A DNA stretch of 64,000 nt from contig DATNAU010000198.1 in assembly GCA_035572415.1 (NCBI GenBank), positions 26-64,025 of the forward strand, written 5' to 3'. Below are positions 45,145 through 53,777 of the stretch, piece after piece (position 1 is the first letter of the stretch; each line of letters begins with the position of its first letter). Position numbers and translations under genes: made by a program. A model generated the notes under the pieces. That model was not told the origin of the DNA, searched no databases, and saw only the letters and a list, made by a program, of their open reading frames with translations. This DNA is from Acidobacteriaceae bacterium. GTDB lineage: Bacteria; Acidobacteriota; Terriglobia; Terriglobales; Acidobacteriaceae.

Positions 45145-46809
45145 TCACTTGCTCGTCCTATACCGCCGGATCAAATTCGTCGTTGACGAATCGTGCTTCA
45201 TCCCCGGTTCGCCCGGCGCTTCCAGCTCGCCAAGAATCTTCGTCGCCAGCACCTTGCCCAGCTCCACGCCCCACTGGTCGAACGAGTCGATATTCCAGAT
45301 CACGCCCTGTGTGAAGACCGCGTGCTCATACAGCGCGACCAGTTGGCCAAGCACGAACGGCGTCAGCACCTCCGCCAGGATCACGTTCGACGGGCGGTTG
45401 CCCTCGAACACACGATGCGGCACCAGCCAGTCCGGCGTGCCCTCGGCCTTCACCTGCTCGGCGGTCTTGCCGAAGGCCAGCGCCTCCGCCTGTGCGAAGA
45501 CATTCGCCATCAGCATGTCATGGTGCCGCCCCAGCGGGTTCAGCGTCTTGGCAAAGCCGATAAAGTCGCACGGAATCAGCCGCGTCCCCTGATGGATCAG
45601 CTGGTAAAACGAGTGCTGGCCATTCGTTCCCGGCTCGCCCCAGAAGATCGCGCCTGTGTTCGTCTCAACGTGCGTTCCCGCCAGCGTCACATGCTTGCCG
45701 TTTGACTCCATCGTCAGTTGCTGCAGGTAAGCAGGGAAGCGCTTCAGGTACTGCTCATACGGCAGCACCGCGACCGTCTGCGCGTCGAAGAAGTCCGTGT
45801 ACCAGAGACCCAGCAGAGCGATGAGCACGGGCAGGTTCGTCTCCGGCGGCGTAGTCCGGAAGTGAACATCCATCGCATGAAACCCCGCAAGCATCGCGCG
45901 GAAGTTCTCCGGTCCAATCGCGATCATCGTCGAAAGTCCGATCGCCGAATCCATCGAATAGCGCCCGCCGACCCAGTCCCAGAACCCGAACATGTTCTCC
46001 GTGTCGATGCCGAACTTCGCGACCTCTTTCGCATTGGTCGAGATCGCGACAAAATGTTTGGCAATCGCCGACTCGGCCGCCCCGGACTTAAGGAACCAAT
46101 CGCGTGCGGTGTGCGCGTTCGTCATGGTCTCGAGCGTGGTGAACGTCTTCGATGCGATCAGGAACATCGTCTCGTCCGGCGCAAGATCGCGCACGGCTTC
46201 AGCGAAATCTGTCCCGTCCACATTCGAGACGAAGCGGAAATTCATATCCCGCTCGGAGTAATGCTTCAGCGCCTCGTACGCCATCACCGGCCCCAGGTCC
46301 GACCCGCCGATGCCGATGTTGATCACGTTGCGGATGCGCTTGCCGGTGTATCCCTTCCATGCCCCGGATCGGACGCGCTCACTGAAGGCAGCCATCTTGT
46401 CCAGCACGGCGTGCACCTCGGGCACAACGTCCACGCCATCGACGAAGATCTGCTCGTCCTTGGGCGCACGCAGCGCCACATGCAGCACGGCGCGGTTCTC
46501 TGTGATGTTGATCTTCTCGCCCGTGAACATGGCCTCTGTCCGCTCGCGAAGTCCTGATTCCTTCGCCAGCTGCACCAGCAGTTGCAGCGTCTCGTCCGTA
46601 ACGCGGTTCTTCGAGTAGTCCAGGAAGATACCGTCTGCCTCGGCCGTCATCCGCGTGCCGCGCGCAGCGTCCTTCGCAAACAACTCGCGCAGATGGCGCT
46701 GCTGGATCTTCTGCGCATGCGCTCCAAGCGCCTTCCATGCTGGGCGTTGATCGAGGGGAGCGATAGCAGGAATCACAGCGGGCGTCGTCATAGGGGTCAA
46801 TTTTCTCAC
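45145..46809 (-). CDS. pgi: glucose-6-phosphate isomerase
   Basis: Full-length PGI ([24 protein letters not shown]). Start at GTG 46809 or ATG 46791. Confidence 0.95.
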   Translation of the reverse strand: MRKLTPMTTPAVIPAIAPLDQRPAWKALGAHAQKIQQRHLRELFAKDAARGTRMTAEADGIFLDYSKNRVTDETLQLLVQLAKESGLRERTEAMFTGEKINITENRAVLHVALRAPKDEQIFVDGVDVVPEVHAVLDKMAAFSERVRSGAWKGYTGKRIRNVINIGIGGSDLGPVMAYEALKHYSERDMNFRFVSNVDGTDFAEAVRDLAPDETMFLIASKTFTTLETMTNAHTARDWFLKSGAAESAIAKHFVAISTNAKEVAKFGIDTENMFGFWDWVGGRYSMDSAIGLSTMIAIGPENFRAMLAGFHAMDVHFRTTPPETNLPVLIALLGLWYTDFFDAQTVAVLPYEQYLKRFPAYLQQLTMESNGKHVTLAGTHVETNTGAIFWGEPGTNGQHSFYQLIHQGTRLIPCDFIGFAKTLNPLGRHHDMLMANVFAQAEALAFGKTAEQVKAEGTPDWLVPHRVFEGNRPSNVILAEVLTPFVLGQLVALYEHAVFTQGVIWNIDSFDQWGVELGKVLATKILGELEAPGEPGMKHDSSTTNLIRRYRTSK

Positions 46810-46851
46810 GCTGCGATTCGCATCATCGTCATCGAACTTTCATGCAGACGA

Positions 46852-46914
46852 GTGTGCGGTAATCGTTCTTATTGGTCTAAAAATGTTGCGTCCGTTTTTG
46901 TGTGCGGTTATCGT
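46852..46914. promoter_or_regulatory. two direct copies of a 15-bp box (GTGTGCGGTWATCGT) in the pgi / IclR-regulator intergenic region; candidate IclR/PcaR-type operator
   Basis: GTGTGCGGTAATCGT at 46852-46866 and GTGTGCGGTTATCGT at 46900-46914 (14 of 15 identical), starting 48 bp apart. The second box ends 53 bp upstream of the regulator ATG. Confidence 0.35.
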
Positions 46915-46966
46915 AATAAATGGACCGACTATCGACCAGTGCGCCCCCGGTCCACAGGAGTGACTC

Positions 46967-47905
46967 ATGGTGACCGCCCCCCCACTGCCTCGGTTGCGCC
47001 GTCCGGTTGCAACTGCCCTTCCAGCCGGTTTGAACTCAGATGCCCCGCGCACTTCCGCCGCGCCTCCAGCCCCGCAGGCGCCAGCCGCTCCCGATACGAG
47101 TCTTCTACCCAATGGAGCCATTGCTTCGTCCGATCTTGACGCCTTTGCCGGCGACCCCAACTTCATGACGTCGCTCGCCCGCGGCCTTCTCGTCATCCAG
47201 GCCTTCACCCCGCAGACGCCGCACATGACGATCTCGCAGCTCGCCGCGAAGACCGGGCTCTCTCGCGCCGCCGTCCGCCGTTGCCTCTACACGCTCTCCA
47301 AACTCGGCTTTGCCGGCGTGGAAGATGGTTCCCGCTATGCGCTGCGTCCGCGCATGCTGCAGCTCTCAAACACCTACGCCGCCTCGAACCCGCTCTCCAA
47401 GGCCGCACAGCCGATTCTTGAGCGCATGACCACCGCGCTGCATGAGAGCTTTTCCGTCGCCACTCTGGACGGCGAGGACATCGTTTACATCGCGCGCTCC
47501 TCGTCCTCGCGTGTCATGTCCGACGATCTTCACATCGGCAGCCGCCTGCCTGCCTACTGCACCAGCATGGGCCGCGTGCTGCTCTCATTCCTGCCCCCGG
47601 AGCAGTTGGAACAATATCTCGCGCGCGTTAAGCTCGTCTCCTACACGGCGCGCACCGTCTCCAGCACAGACAAACTGCGCGTCGTGCTGCGCAACGTCCG
47701 TCGCCAGGGCTATGCGCTCGTGGATCAGGAGTATGAGATCGGCCTGCGCTCGCTCGCCGTGCCCATCTACTCGTCCACCGGCCGAGTCACCGCCACGCTG
47801 AACCTCAGCGGCAGCTCGCCACGCATGCCCGTCTACGAGATGCAGAGCCGCTTTCTGCCTCACCTGCGCACCGCCGCGGCGGAGCTCGGCGCATTCCTGC
47901 GCTAA
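46967..47905 (+). CDS. IclR-family transcriptional regulator (PcaR/PcaU-like)
   Basis: HTH region MTISQLAAKTGLSRAAVRRCLYTLSKLGF and an IclR effector domain (GEDIVYIAR, GSRLPAYCTSMGRVLL, EIGLRSLAVPI). About 55 aa of Pro/Ala-rich N-terminal extension. Confidence 0.9.
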   Translation: MVTAPPLPRLRRPVATALPAGLNSDAPRTSAAPPAPQAPAAPDTSLLPNGAIASSDLDAFAGDPNFMTSLARGLLVIQAFTPQTPHMTISQLAAKTGLSRAAVRRCLYTLSKLGFAGVEDGSRYALRPRMLQLSNTYAASNPLSKAAQPILERMTTALHESFSVATLDGEDIVYIARSSSSRVMSDDLHIGSRLPAYCTSMGRVLLSFLPPEQLEQYLARVKLVSYTARTVSSTDKLRVVLRNVRRQGYALVDQEYEIGLRSLAVPIYSSTGRVTATLNLSGSSPRMPVYEMQSRFLPHLRTAAAELGAFLR

Positions 47906-47998
47906 GGCCTCAGCGAGACACAATATGGGCAGCTCCTGCGAGCATCACCTTTGTTTACGAAGGCGATCCTGCAGAAGCTGCCACCTTGTCCCGGTTCG

Positions 47999-48421
47999 TT
48001 ATTTCACTGCGAGAACATTCACTCCAGCAGTATCGGTCGTGCTTCTCACGTAGCCGATCGCTCCCCGCGTCTTCGCCACATAGGCCACTACCTCGGCATC
48101 CGATCCGAAATCTTTGGGGATCGCGCCTTTGCCTGTGAAGATCAGGCTGCGATAGTACGCCCGCAGTCCAGCGTCGCTCTTGCCCACATACTCGCTGAGA
48201 AACGCCTCGTGCGCCGCTCCATTCTTCAGAAGAACAGGCTCCACATGGGCGCCTCCGAGCAGGTCCTTGTTCTCGAGAAAAATGTCTTTCAGATCGTCAG
48301 CAGAGACTGCTTTCATCGCAACGCTCGGATTTGCGATCACTTTCACATCGGCGCCGTGGGCGCCTCGCGATGCCAGCACCAGAACCGCAGCGGTCGCCAC
48401 AAATTGCACTGTAAGCTTCAT
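47999..48421 (-). CDS. small secreted periplasmic-binding-protein-like (PstS-like half-domain) protein
   Basis: 140 aa with a signal peptide. VKVIANPSV...SADDLKDIF...GAIGYV resembles the PBP-like domain. Lies directly downstream of a porin gene. Confidence 0.6.
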   Translation of the reverse strand: MKLTVQFVATAAVLVLASRGAHGADVKVIANPSVAMKAVSADDLKDIFLENKDLLGGAHVEPVLLKNGAAHEAFLSEYVGKSDAGLRAYYRSLIFTGKGAIPKDFGSDAEVVAYVAKTRGAIGYVRSTTDTAGVNVLAVK

Positions 48422-48451
48422 TCTCTCTCCCTCAGGCCATCTGCCTTTGCG

Positions 48452-49666
48452 CTAGAAGGTCACGCTGGTTCTCAGCACCAGCATATTGGTCTTCGGCTTG
48501 AATCCATCGGGGTTGGACCGCTGGTAAAATCCTTGGGTCGAGAAGATGTCTCCATACCCATCCATCAAGTGCCCTTCGGCCTTTGCCGTCCAGAAGCGAT
48601 TGATGTCGTACCGGAACGCGCCCACTTCGTCATAAATGTGATTGGAGGCGGTATCGGCGGGGTTCCACGGAGCGTCCACATGCAGATTCGAGTGGTAGAT
48701 GCCCACCGAAATCCGCTTGCTCGCCTGATAGGTCGACGCCAGGAACCAGCATTCGTTGCTGCCATTCCATGGGAACGGCGGCACGCCCGGCAGATCGACT
48801 AGGATGTTGAGCCAGTAGTCCGACGCGCGGTATTCGCCGCTGAAGTCCCACCTGCCGCGCTGGAAGTCGCCATATCCAACCGCTGTGCGCTGCGGAGAAC
48901 TGAGACCGGTGTATGGTGCGCCTGGAACGAACCCCGCCGCCGTGAAGACCCCTTTGCGGTCCTGCGTCAAATCCGTCCACGAAGAACCAAGGGTCAGGCC
49001 CTTCAGCGGCGTCGACCAGCGCAAGTCCCAGCCCACCGCGCGTCCCGACTCGGCAGTAATCGGCATCCCCAGATCGCTCGCGAAGGTGTAATACCCGCCA
49101 CGATCATCGAACGTGCGCTTCCCGGCGTACGCGGTGTAATTCAGTTTGCCGATCTGCCTCAGCGAAATCCGCCCGTATACATCGACTCCATCGTGCGCGA
49201 TCATCGCGTTGCGCAGATCCAGTGGGTAGACCCCCTGCGGCAACAATGCCCAGGTGTAGAGGAACTCCGCGTCCTGCGTGTCGTTGTACAGCCCAATCGC
49301 CGTCTTCACTCTGCCCGCGCGGACCCCAAGCCAGGTCGTAAACCGGTAGTCGCCAAAGGCAAAATCCAGTTCAGGACGGAAATCGTCAAGTTGTCCAACT
49401 TTGCGCGTGTACCCCTGCGCGCTCAGGCGAAACTTGTCTGTGATCGAAGTCGACACATTCAGCACGCCATCGGTGAACGCTGGGCTGCCGTTGGTCGTGT
49501 TCATGGTCAGGAAATTGTTGTGGTTCGTATACGCGAATCCCTGCGACGCGAATCCGTGCACCTGCACCGGCCGGTTGAATACCGTGAAATCCTGGGCACT
49601 ACTGGCACTCGCAAATGCCAAAGTGGCGAGTACCGCAATAGACATGCATCGATGAAAGCGCTTCAT
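48452..49666 (-). CDS. outer-membrane beta-barrel porin-like protein
   Basis: Signal peptide from the ATG at 49666 (MKRFHRCMSIAVLATLAFASASSAQD). Alternating aromatic/Gly-rich beta-strand pattern and a C-terminal ...RTSVTF (terminal Phe). Confidence 0.7.
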   Translation of the reverse strand: MKRFHRCMSIAVLATLAFASASSAQDFTVFNRPVQVHGFASQGFAYTNHNNFLTMNTTNGSPAFTDGVLNVSTSITDKFRLSAQGYTRKVGQLDDFRPELDFAFGDYRFTTWLGVRAGRVKTAIGLYNDTQDAEFLYTWALLPQGVYPLDLRNAMIAHDGVDVYGRISLRQIGKLNYTAYAGKRTFDDRGGYYTFASDLGMPITAESGRAVGWDLRWSTPLKGLTLGSSWTDLTQDRKGVFTAAGFVPGAPYTGLSSPQRTAVGYGDFQRGRWDFSGEYRASDYWLNILVDLPGVPPFPWNGSNECWFLASTYQASKRISVGIYHSNLHVDAPWNPADTASNHIYDEVGAFRYDINRFWTAKAEGHLMDGYGDIFSTQGFYQRSNPDGFKPKTNMLVLRTSVTF

Positions 49667-49855
49667 GTGGTCTCTTTCGTCAAAGTTTGAAGCTTCTTCA
49701 GGCGCGCGCCGGTGATTTGGGCACTTCCGCGCAGCAACGGCCAGATTGGGCACGTCATCGCCCCCGCTATACGGCGTCGCCACGCTCCCCTCGGACTTAT
49801 CGGAAGATTTTGGAAAGAGTTTAGAAGCCGTCAGCGGATTTTTTCTCCGCCCTGC

Positions 49856-50569
49856 CTAATCCGCCACCATCGATTCGCCAGGCACGATCGGCCGTGTGCG
49901 CGGCAGCTTGCCATTCCGGGCGGCGAGCCCCACGGCAGCCAGCGTTCCCGCAAAGATCGCCAGCTTTGCCGCGCTGGCCTCGCGCGTATTCGGCAGCAGC
50001 TTCCAAACCAGCAGGAGCGCGGTCTGCCCGATCGTCGCCGCCCACACCGATCCGTAGAAATACCGCCGTTCCGTGCCTTCGCCCTTCGTCGACCGTCCCA
50101 CACGCGGCAGCTCACCGGCCGCACCCAGCAGCAGAATCACCGCGCATAGCGGCGCGTACCCATACCAGTAAATCTGTTGCAGATACCACACGCCGGTCGC
50201 CGTCGCGATCACGAGCCCCGCCAGATTCAGCAGCGCAAAACTCAGCACCGCGTTCCACGCGAAGGTGTAACAGACGCGCCGGTACAGTGGGTTCGGCTTG
50301 TCCTCATCGAAGCGCAGAATATAGGGCGCAGGCTCCGCGCCCGGCAGGCTCCCGCGCAGCGCAGCGATCCCTGTCCCGATCAGCACGGCGCCCATCCATA
50401 TCGAGTTCCACCGTCCGAAGCCGTGCGCGAACAGCGAGAACGTCAGCGGCCCTGGCGTGAGAAAGAAGACCCAGATCCACAGCGGCCAGTGCGCCAGCCG
50501 ATAGTTCCAGGTGTTGCGCGCGCGGATGTGGCGCTCATGCGCGTACTCCAGCCTGCCCCGGTACGCCAT
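49856..50569 (-). CDS. hypothetical multi-pass membrane protein
   Basis: 237 aa from the ATG at 50569 (MAYRGRLEY...), with 5-6 hydrophobic helices. The upstream part of the 410-aa ORF-track ORF is the shadow frame of the SRPBCC gene. Confidence 0.55.
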   Translation of the reverse strand: MAYRGRLEYAHERHIRARNTWNYRLAHWPLWIWVFFLTPGPLTFSLFAHGFGRWNSIWMGAVLIGTGIAALRGSLPGAEPAPYILRFDEDKPNPLYRRVCYTFAWNAVLSFALLNLAGLVIATATGVWYLQQIYWYGYAPLCAVILLLGAAGELPRVGRSTKGEGTERRYFYGSVWAATIGQTALLLVWKLLPNTREASAAKLAIFAGTLAAVGLAARNGKLPRTRPIVPGESMVAD

Positions 50570-50574
50570 CGCCG

Positions 50575-51084
50575 TTAGCGGCTCGCGGCCGCCTGGATGT
50601 CTTTCATATAGGCGTCCAGATTCTTCGTCGGCCCCATCACATGCGCCATCATGAAGCGGTACAGCGGCGGGTTGATGTATCCATCCTCGGTGATCTTCAG
50701 CGTCGTGGAATCCGCCGTCGGTCCCGGCGATAGCTGATAGGTCCATGTTCCGCCGTACTTCGCGTAAGGATCGTCCAGCTTTACCTGCCGCAGCGTCGGC
50801 GGCTGGGTCTGCACCGCCAGAAAGGTCATGAACTGGTGATAAGCGTAGTGCTCCACCCAGTGATCGCGGCCATGGTCGGGCTCCAGCATATTGACGTATT
50901 TCACCTCGGGCCGCCAGTTGCTCCCGTTCTTCACATCGCCGATCAGCGCAAACACCTTCTCCGGCGGCGCCGCCACCACGCCCGTCACAGAGACCGAGTG
51001 CGTGGAAGGCAAGCGCGTGCCGTCGGCGTAGATCAGTCCGCCGGCGATAAGCACAAGAAGCACAAGGAAGCCGAAGATCTTCAT
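50575..51084 (-). CDS. SRPBCC (START/polyketide-cyclase-like) family protein with N-terminal anchor
   Basis: 169 aa. N-terminal TM (MKIFGFLVLLVLIAGGLIY), then PPEKVFALIGDVKNGSNWRPEV, typical of SRPBCC folds. Confidence 0.7.
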   Translation of the reverse strand: MKIFGFLVLLVLIAGGLIYADGTRLPSTHSVSVTGVVAAPPEKVFALIGDVKNGSNWRPEVKYVNMLEPDHGRDHWVEHYAYHQFMTFLAVQTQPPTLRQVKLDDPYAKYGGTWTYQLSPGPTADSTTLKITEDGYINPPLYRFMMAHVMGPTKNLDAYMKDIQAAASR

Positions 51085-51235
51085 GCAAGCTCCAGGAGAG
51101 AAACTTCTTAATCGAATTACGGCAGGTTAGGGAGAGACATCAGGGTAACTCACGCGACTGGCTTAGGGAAGCGTGTCTCGCCATGAACTGGCGAGACATT
51201 CTCAATCAACCCTTCCAGCGATTGACCGGCTTCTT

Positions 51236-51245
51236 CCCCCCCCCC
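51236..51245. repeat. C10 (G10) homopolymer tract in a divergent promoter region
   Basis: Ten consecutive C read directly at 51236-51245. The tract lies about 150 bp from each of the divergent starts at 51084 and 51396. Confidence 0.85.
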
Positions 51246-51395
51246 ATATCTGAGATGAGGATCTGAAATGCGACCATCCGTTATGCCACGGCCATGCCGT
51301 AATCGCCGCCAAGCTCGATTTCTTCCTCAGCCTTCTTCGTTACAATTCTCCTGCATTCCCTGAGCCCCAAAAATCTGACCGGAGATTACCACCAC

Positions 51396-52112
51396 ATGCC
51401 CGACTCCTCGTCCGCCGTCTTCGCCGAACGCTTTTTTCAGGATTTAGACGCCCGCATCGCTCGCTATGACCTCCTGCAGCATCCCTTCTACACCGCGTGG
51501 TCGCGCGGCGAGCTCACCCGCGACGATCTCCGCGAGTACGCCGGCGAATACTGGCACCAGGTCTCGGCCTTCCCCACGTATCTCAGCGCGCTGCATTCCC
51601 AGCTTCCCGATGGCGAGCTCCGCCGCACCGTGCTCGCGAACCTCGCCGACGAAGAGGGCATGCGCGACGGTACGCCGCACAGCGATATGTGGATGGACTT
51701 CGCACGCGGCATGGGTGCAAAGGAGGCAGGCGTTCGTTCGCGCGATCTCAACGCTGAAACCCGCGCCATGATCTCCCACTTCCGCGAGACCATGTACGGC
51801 TCGCCCGCCGAGGCGCTCGCCGCGCTCTATGCCTATGAGTCGCGCGTGCCCGCCATCGCCGCGACCAAGTCCGAGGGTCTCCAGAACCATTACGCAGCCG
51901 ACGAGACCACCCGCCGCTACTTCACCGTGCATACCGTCGCCGATGTCTTCCACTCGCAGGTATGGCGCGATCTGCTCGCCGCGGAGATCGCCGCCGATCC
52001 CGAGCAGGCTGAGATCGCTCTCGAGTCCGCGGAAAACACCGCCCGCGCTCTCTGGACCACACTCGACGGCATCGAAGCCGGACGCCAGTCGCGTCTCGCC
52101 GCCGCCGCATGA
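51396..52112 (+). CDS. heme-oxygenase-like di-iron protein of the PqqC/TenA/CADD family
   Basis: RYDLLQHPFYTAWSRGELTRDDLREYAGEYWHQVSAFPTYLS...ANLADEEG...HSDMWMDFARGMG matches the CADD/PqqC-like pattern (from memory). Confidence 0.8.
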   Translation: MPDSSSAVFAERFFQDLDARIARYDLLQHPFYTAWSRGELTRDDLREYAGEYWHQVSAFPTYLSALHSQLPDGELRRTVLANLADEEGMRDGTPHSDMWMDFARGMGAKEAGVRSRDLNAETRAMISHFRETMYGSPAEALAALYAYESRVPAIAATKSEGLQNHYAADETTRRYFTVHTVADVFHSQVWRDLLAAEIAADPEQAEIALESAENTARALWTTLDGIEAGRQSRLAAAA

Positions 52113-52134
52113 TCACAGCACGTAAATCCATCTT

Positions 52135-52500
52135 GGGGTGCCCCATTCATGCGCGGTCGCTAGAGCGCGCATGGGTGGGGTGCCTTGTTTAGCGGCGAGA
52201 GGATTGGTTTAAGTCATGACCTCACGAACCTGTCATTCTGAGCCATCGGCGAAGAATCGCTGCATTTGTATTGGCTCGTCATTCTGGAGCGCTATATTTG
52301 CGCTCCAGAATCTCCGTATTGCATTTGCCTCTAAGATAGGCCGGGACTTTAGTCCCGGCATCGCGAGCACAAATGCAAGGGGGCTTTAGCCGCCGGGACA
52401 AGCTCTCAGCTTTCTGCAACAATCGGTTTTGCTTAAGGGCACGGCTTTAGCCGTGTCGTAAATCGCCGGATGGAAGAGGGGGCTTTAGCCCCTGAGGTCG
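52135..52500. repeat. dense array of unrelated short hairpin repeats (families D, A, A', small GC hairpins, composite B/C)
   Basis: Read directly: D at 52135-52184; A at 52232-52269; a perfect 12-bp-arm hairpin ATTCTGGAGCGC/GCGCTCCAGAAT at 52281-52311; GCATTTG...CAAATGC at 52321-52376 enclosing CCGGGACTTTAGTCCCGG; B/C composite at 52427-52500. Confidence 0.85.
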
Positions 52501-52507
52501 TCAATCC

Positions 52508-53251
52508 ATGTTCCGCAAATCTCTCGGACTCTTCGCCGCCTGCGCTCTGGGCGCGACTTCCTTCGTCAACGCACAACCGTCCGCGCAGCCCGCACAAACG
52601 CCCGCCCCCACCCAGCAGACCTGGCGCTTCGACAACCTCGCCTCACTCGGCGGACACCCCACCAAAGTCCTCGGCACGCCGCAGCTCATCGACACGCCCG
52701 CCGGCAAGGCCGTCGCCTTCAACGGCACGGACTCCGCGCTCTTCGTCAACGTGCATCCGCTCGCCGGCGCCGCCACCTGGACATGGGAGATGGTCTTCCG
52801 GCCCGACCCGGACGGCAAGCCCGAGCAGCGCATCTTCCATCTGCAGTCCGTCGACGCCGCCACCGGCCAGGACTATCCCAACGAGCGCATGCTCTTCGAG
52901 ATCCGCATCCGCCCCGCCGCCGACGGCAAGGGCAACGCATGGTGCCTCGACAGCTTCGCCACCGCCGCCGGCCAGTCGCGCACCCTGCTCAACTGCGACA
53001 AGTTGCATCCCTTCGGCCCCTGGTATCGCGTCACCGCCGTCTACGACGGCCACACTTTATCCAACTATGTAGGCGACGAGCTTCAGGGCTCGGGCCCGCT
53101 CTCCATCCCGCCCGAGCGCCCCGGCCGCTCCTCCGCCGGTACCCGCATCGATCTGCGCGACTACTACAAAGGTGCCATCTACGAGGCCCGCTTCACCCCC
53201 CGCGCCCTCACCCCCGCCGAATTCCTCAGAAACCCGCTCGCAGGGAAATAA
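52508..53251 (+). CDS. secreted LamG/concanavalin-A-like lectin-fold protein
   Basis: Signal peptide MFRKSLGLFAACALGATSFVNAQ. GKAVAFNGTDSALFV...WTWEMVFRPD...YRVTAVYDGHTLSNYVGDEL...GAIYEARF resembles LamG-domain proteins. Confidence 0.7.
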   Translation: MFRKSLGLFAACALGATSFVNAQPSAQPAQTPAPTQQTWRFDNLASLGGHPTKVLGTPQLIDTPAGKAVAFNGTDSALFVNVHPLAGAATWTWEMVFRPDPDGKPEQRIFHLQSVDAATGQDYPNERMLFEIRIRPAADGKGNAWCLDSFATAAGQSRTLLNCDKLHPFGPWYRVTAVYDGHTLSNYVGDELQGSGPLSIPPERPGRSSAGTRIDLRDYYKGAIYEARFTPRALTPAEFLRNPLAGK

Positions 53252-53269
53252 GCCAGCGACGACTCCTCC

Positions 53270-53775
53270 GCTCGTCATTCTGGATGCATCGCATTCAGAA
53301 TCTCCGTATTTGCCTCTGAGATAGGCCCGGGCTTCAGTCTCGGGTAGTGGGTCAGTTTGAATTCTGCTTTGAAAGGGCGTGGCTTCAGCCACGCCATCAG
53401 CGGGCCAATCTGAAGTTGGGCTTTAGCCCCTGAGGTCATCTTTTTTCAAACTGACTCACTACCCAGTCCCGGACTACGAGCACCCAAACACATGGGGCAT
53501 TAGCCCTGGGAATCAAAATTGACGCTGAACGATCCCTCAAAAGGCCGCCATCCTGAGCGAGGGACCCTGAGCGGAGCCGAAGGGAACCGAGTCGAAGGAC
53601 CCCCGCATTTGTCTTTCAACGTATCGCCACAAATCCGTGCCCCATTCATCGCGCGCATTTGCGCGATGAGTGGGATCGTGCCACAGAGATGAGCGCCATC
53701 GGCGCGACGATATATTAGCCTAGGCCGAAGGCCTAGGTACGCACCCCCCATAACCATCAGAGGGCTGTAGGCCCG
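53270..53775. repeat. second dense array of hairpin repeats, including a 119-bp element with 18-bp terminal inverted repeats
   Basis: A' composite at 53270-53343; TIR element at 53344-53462; long family A variant at 53547-53613; family D at 53637-53682; CCTAGGCCGAAGGCCTAGG at about 53719-53737. Confidence 0.85.
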
Positions 53776-53777
53776 AC

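Noticed and set aside
50570-51088. Upstream part of the 410-aa minus-strand ORF 49856-51088
   Set aside because: It is the alternative frame of the SRPBCC gene (50575-51084), which has a coherent fold-like sequence. The membrane protein was started at the ATG at 50569.
52135-53775. Possible CRISPR arrays in the two repeat-dense regions
   Set aside because: The repeats belong to several unrelated hairpin families, are irregularly spaced and are themselves palindromic composites. There is no constant repeat/spacer periodicity and there are no cas genes.
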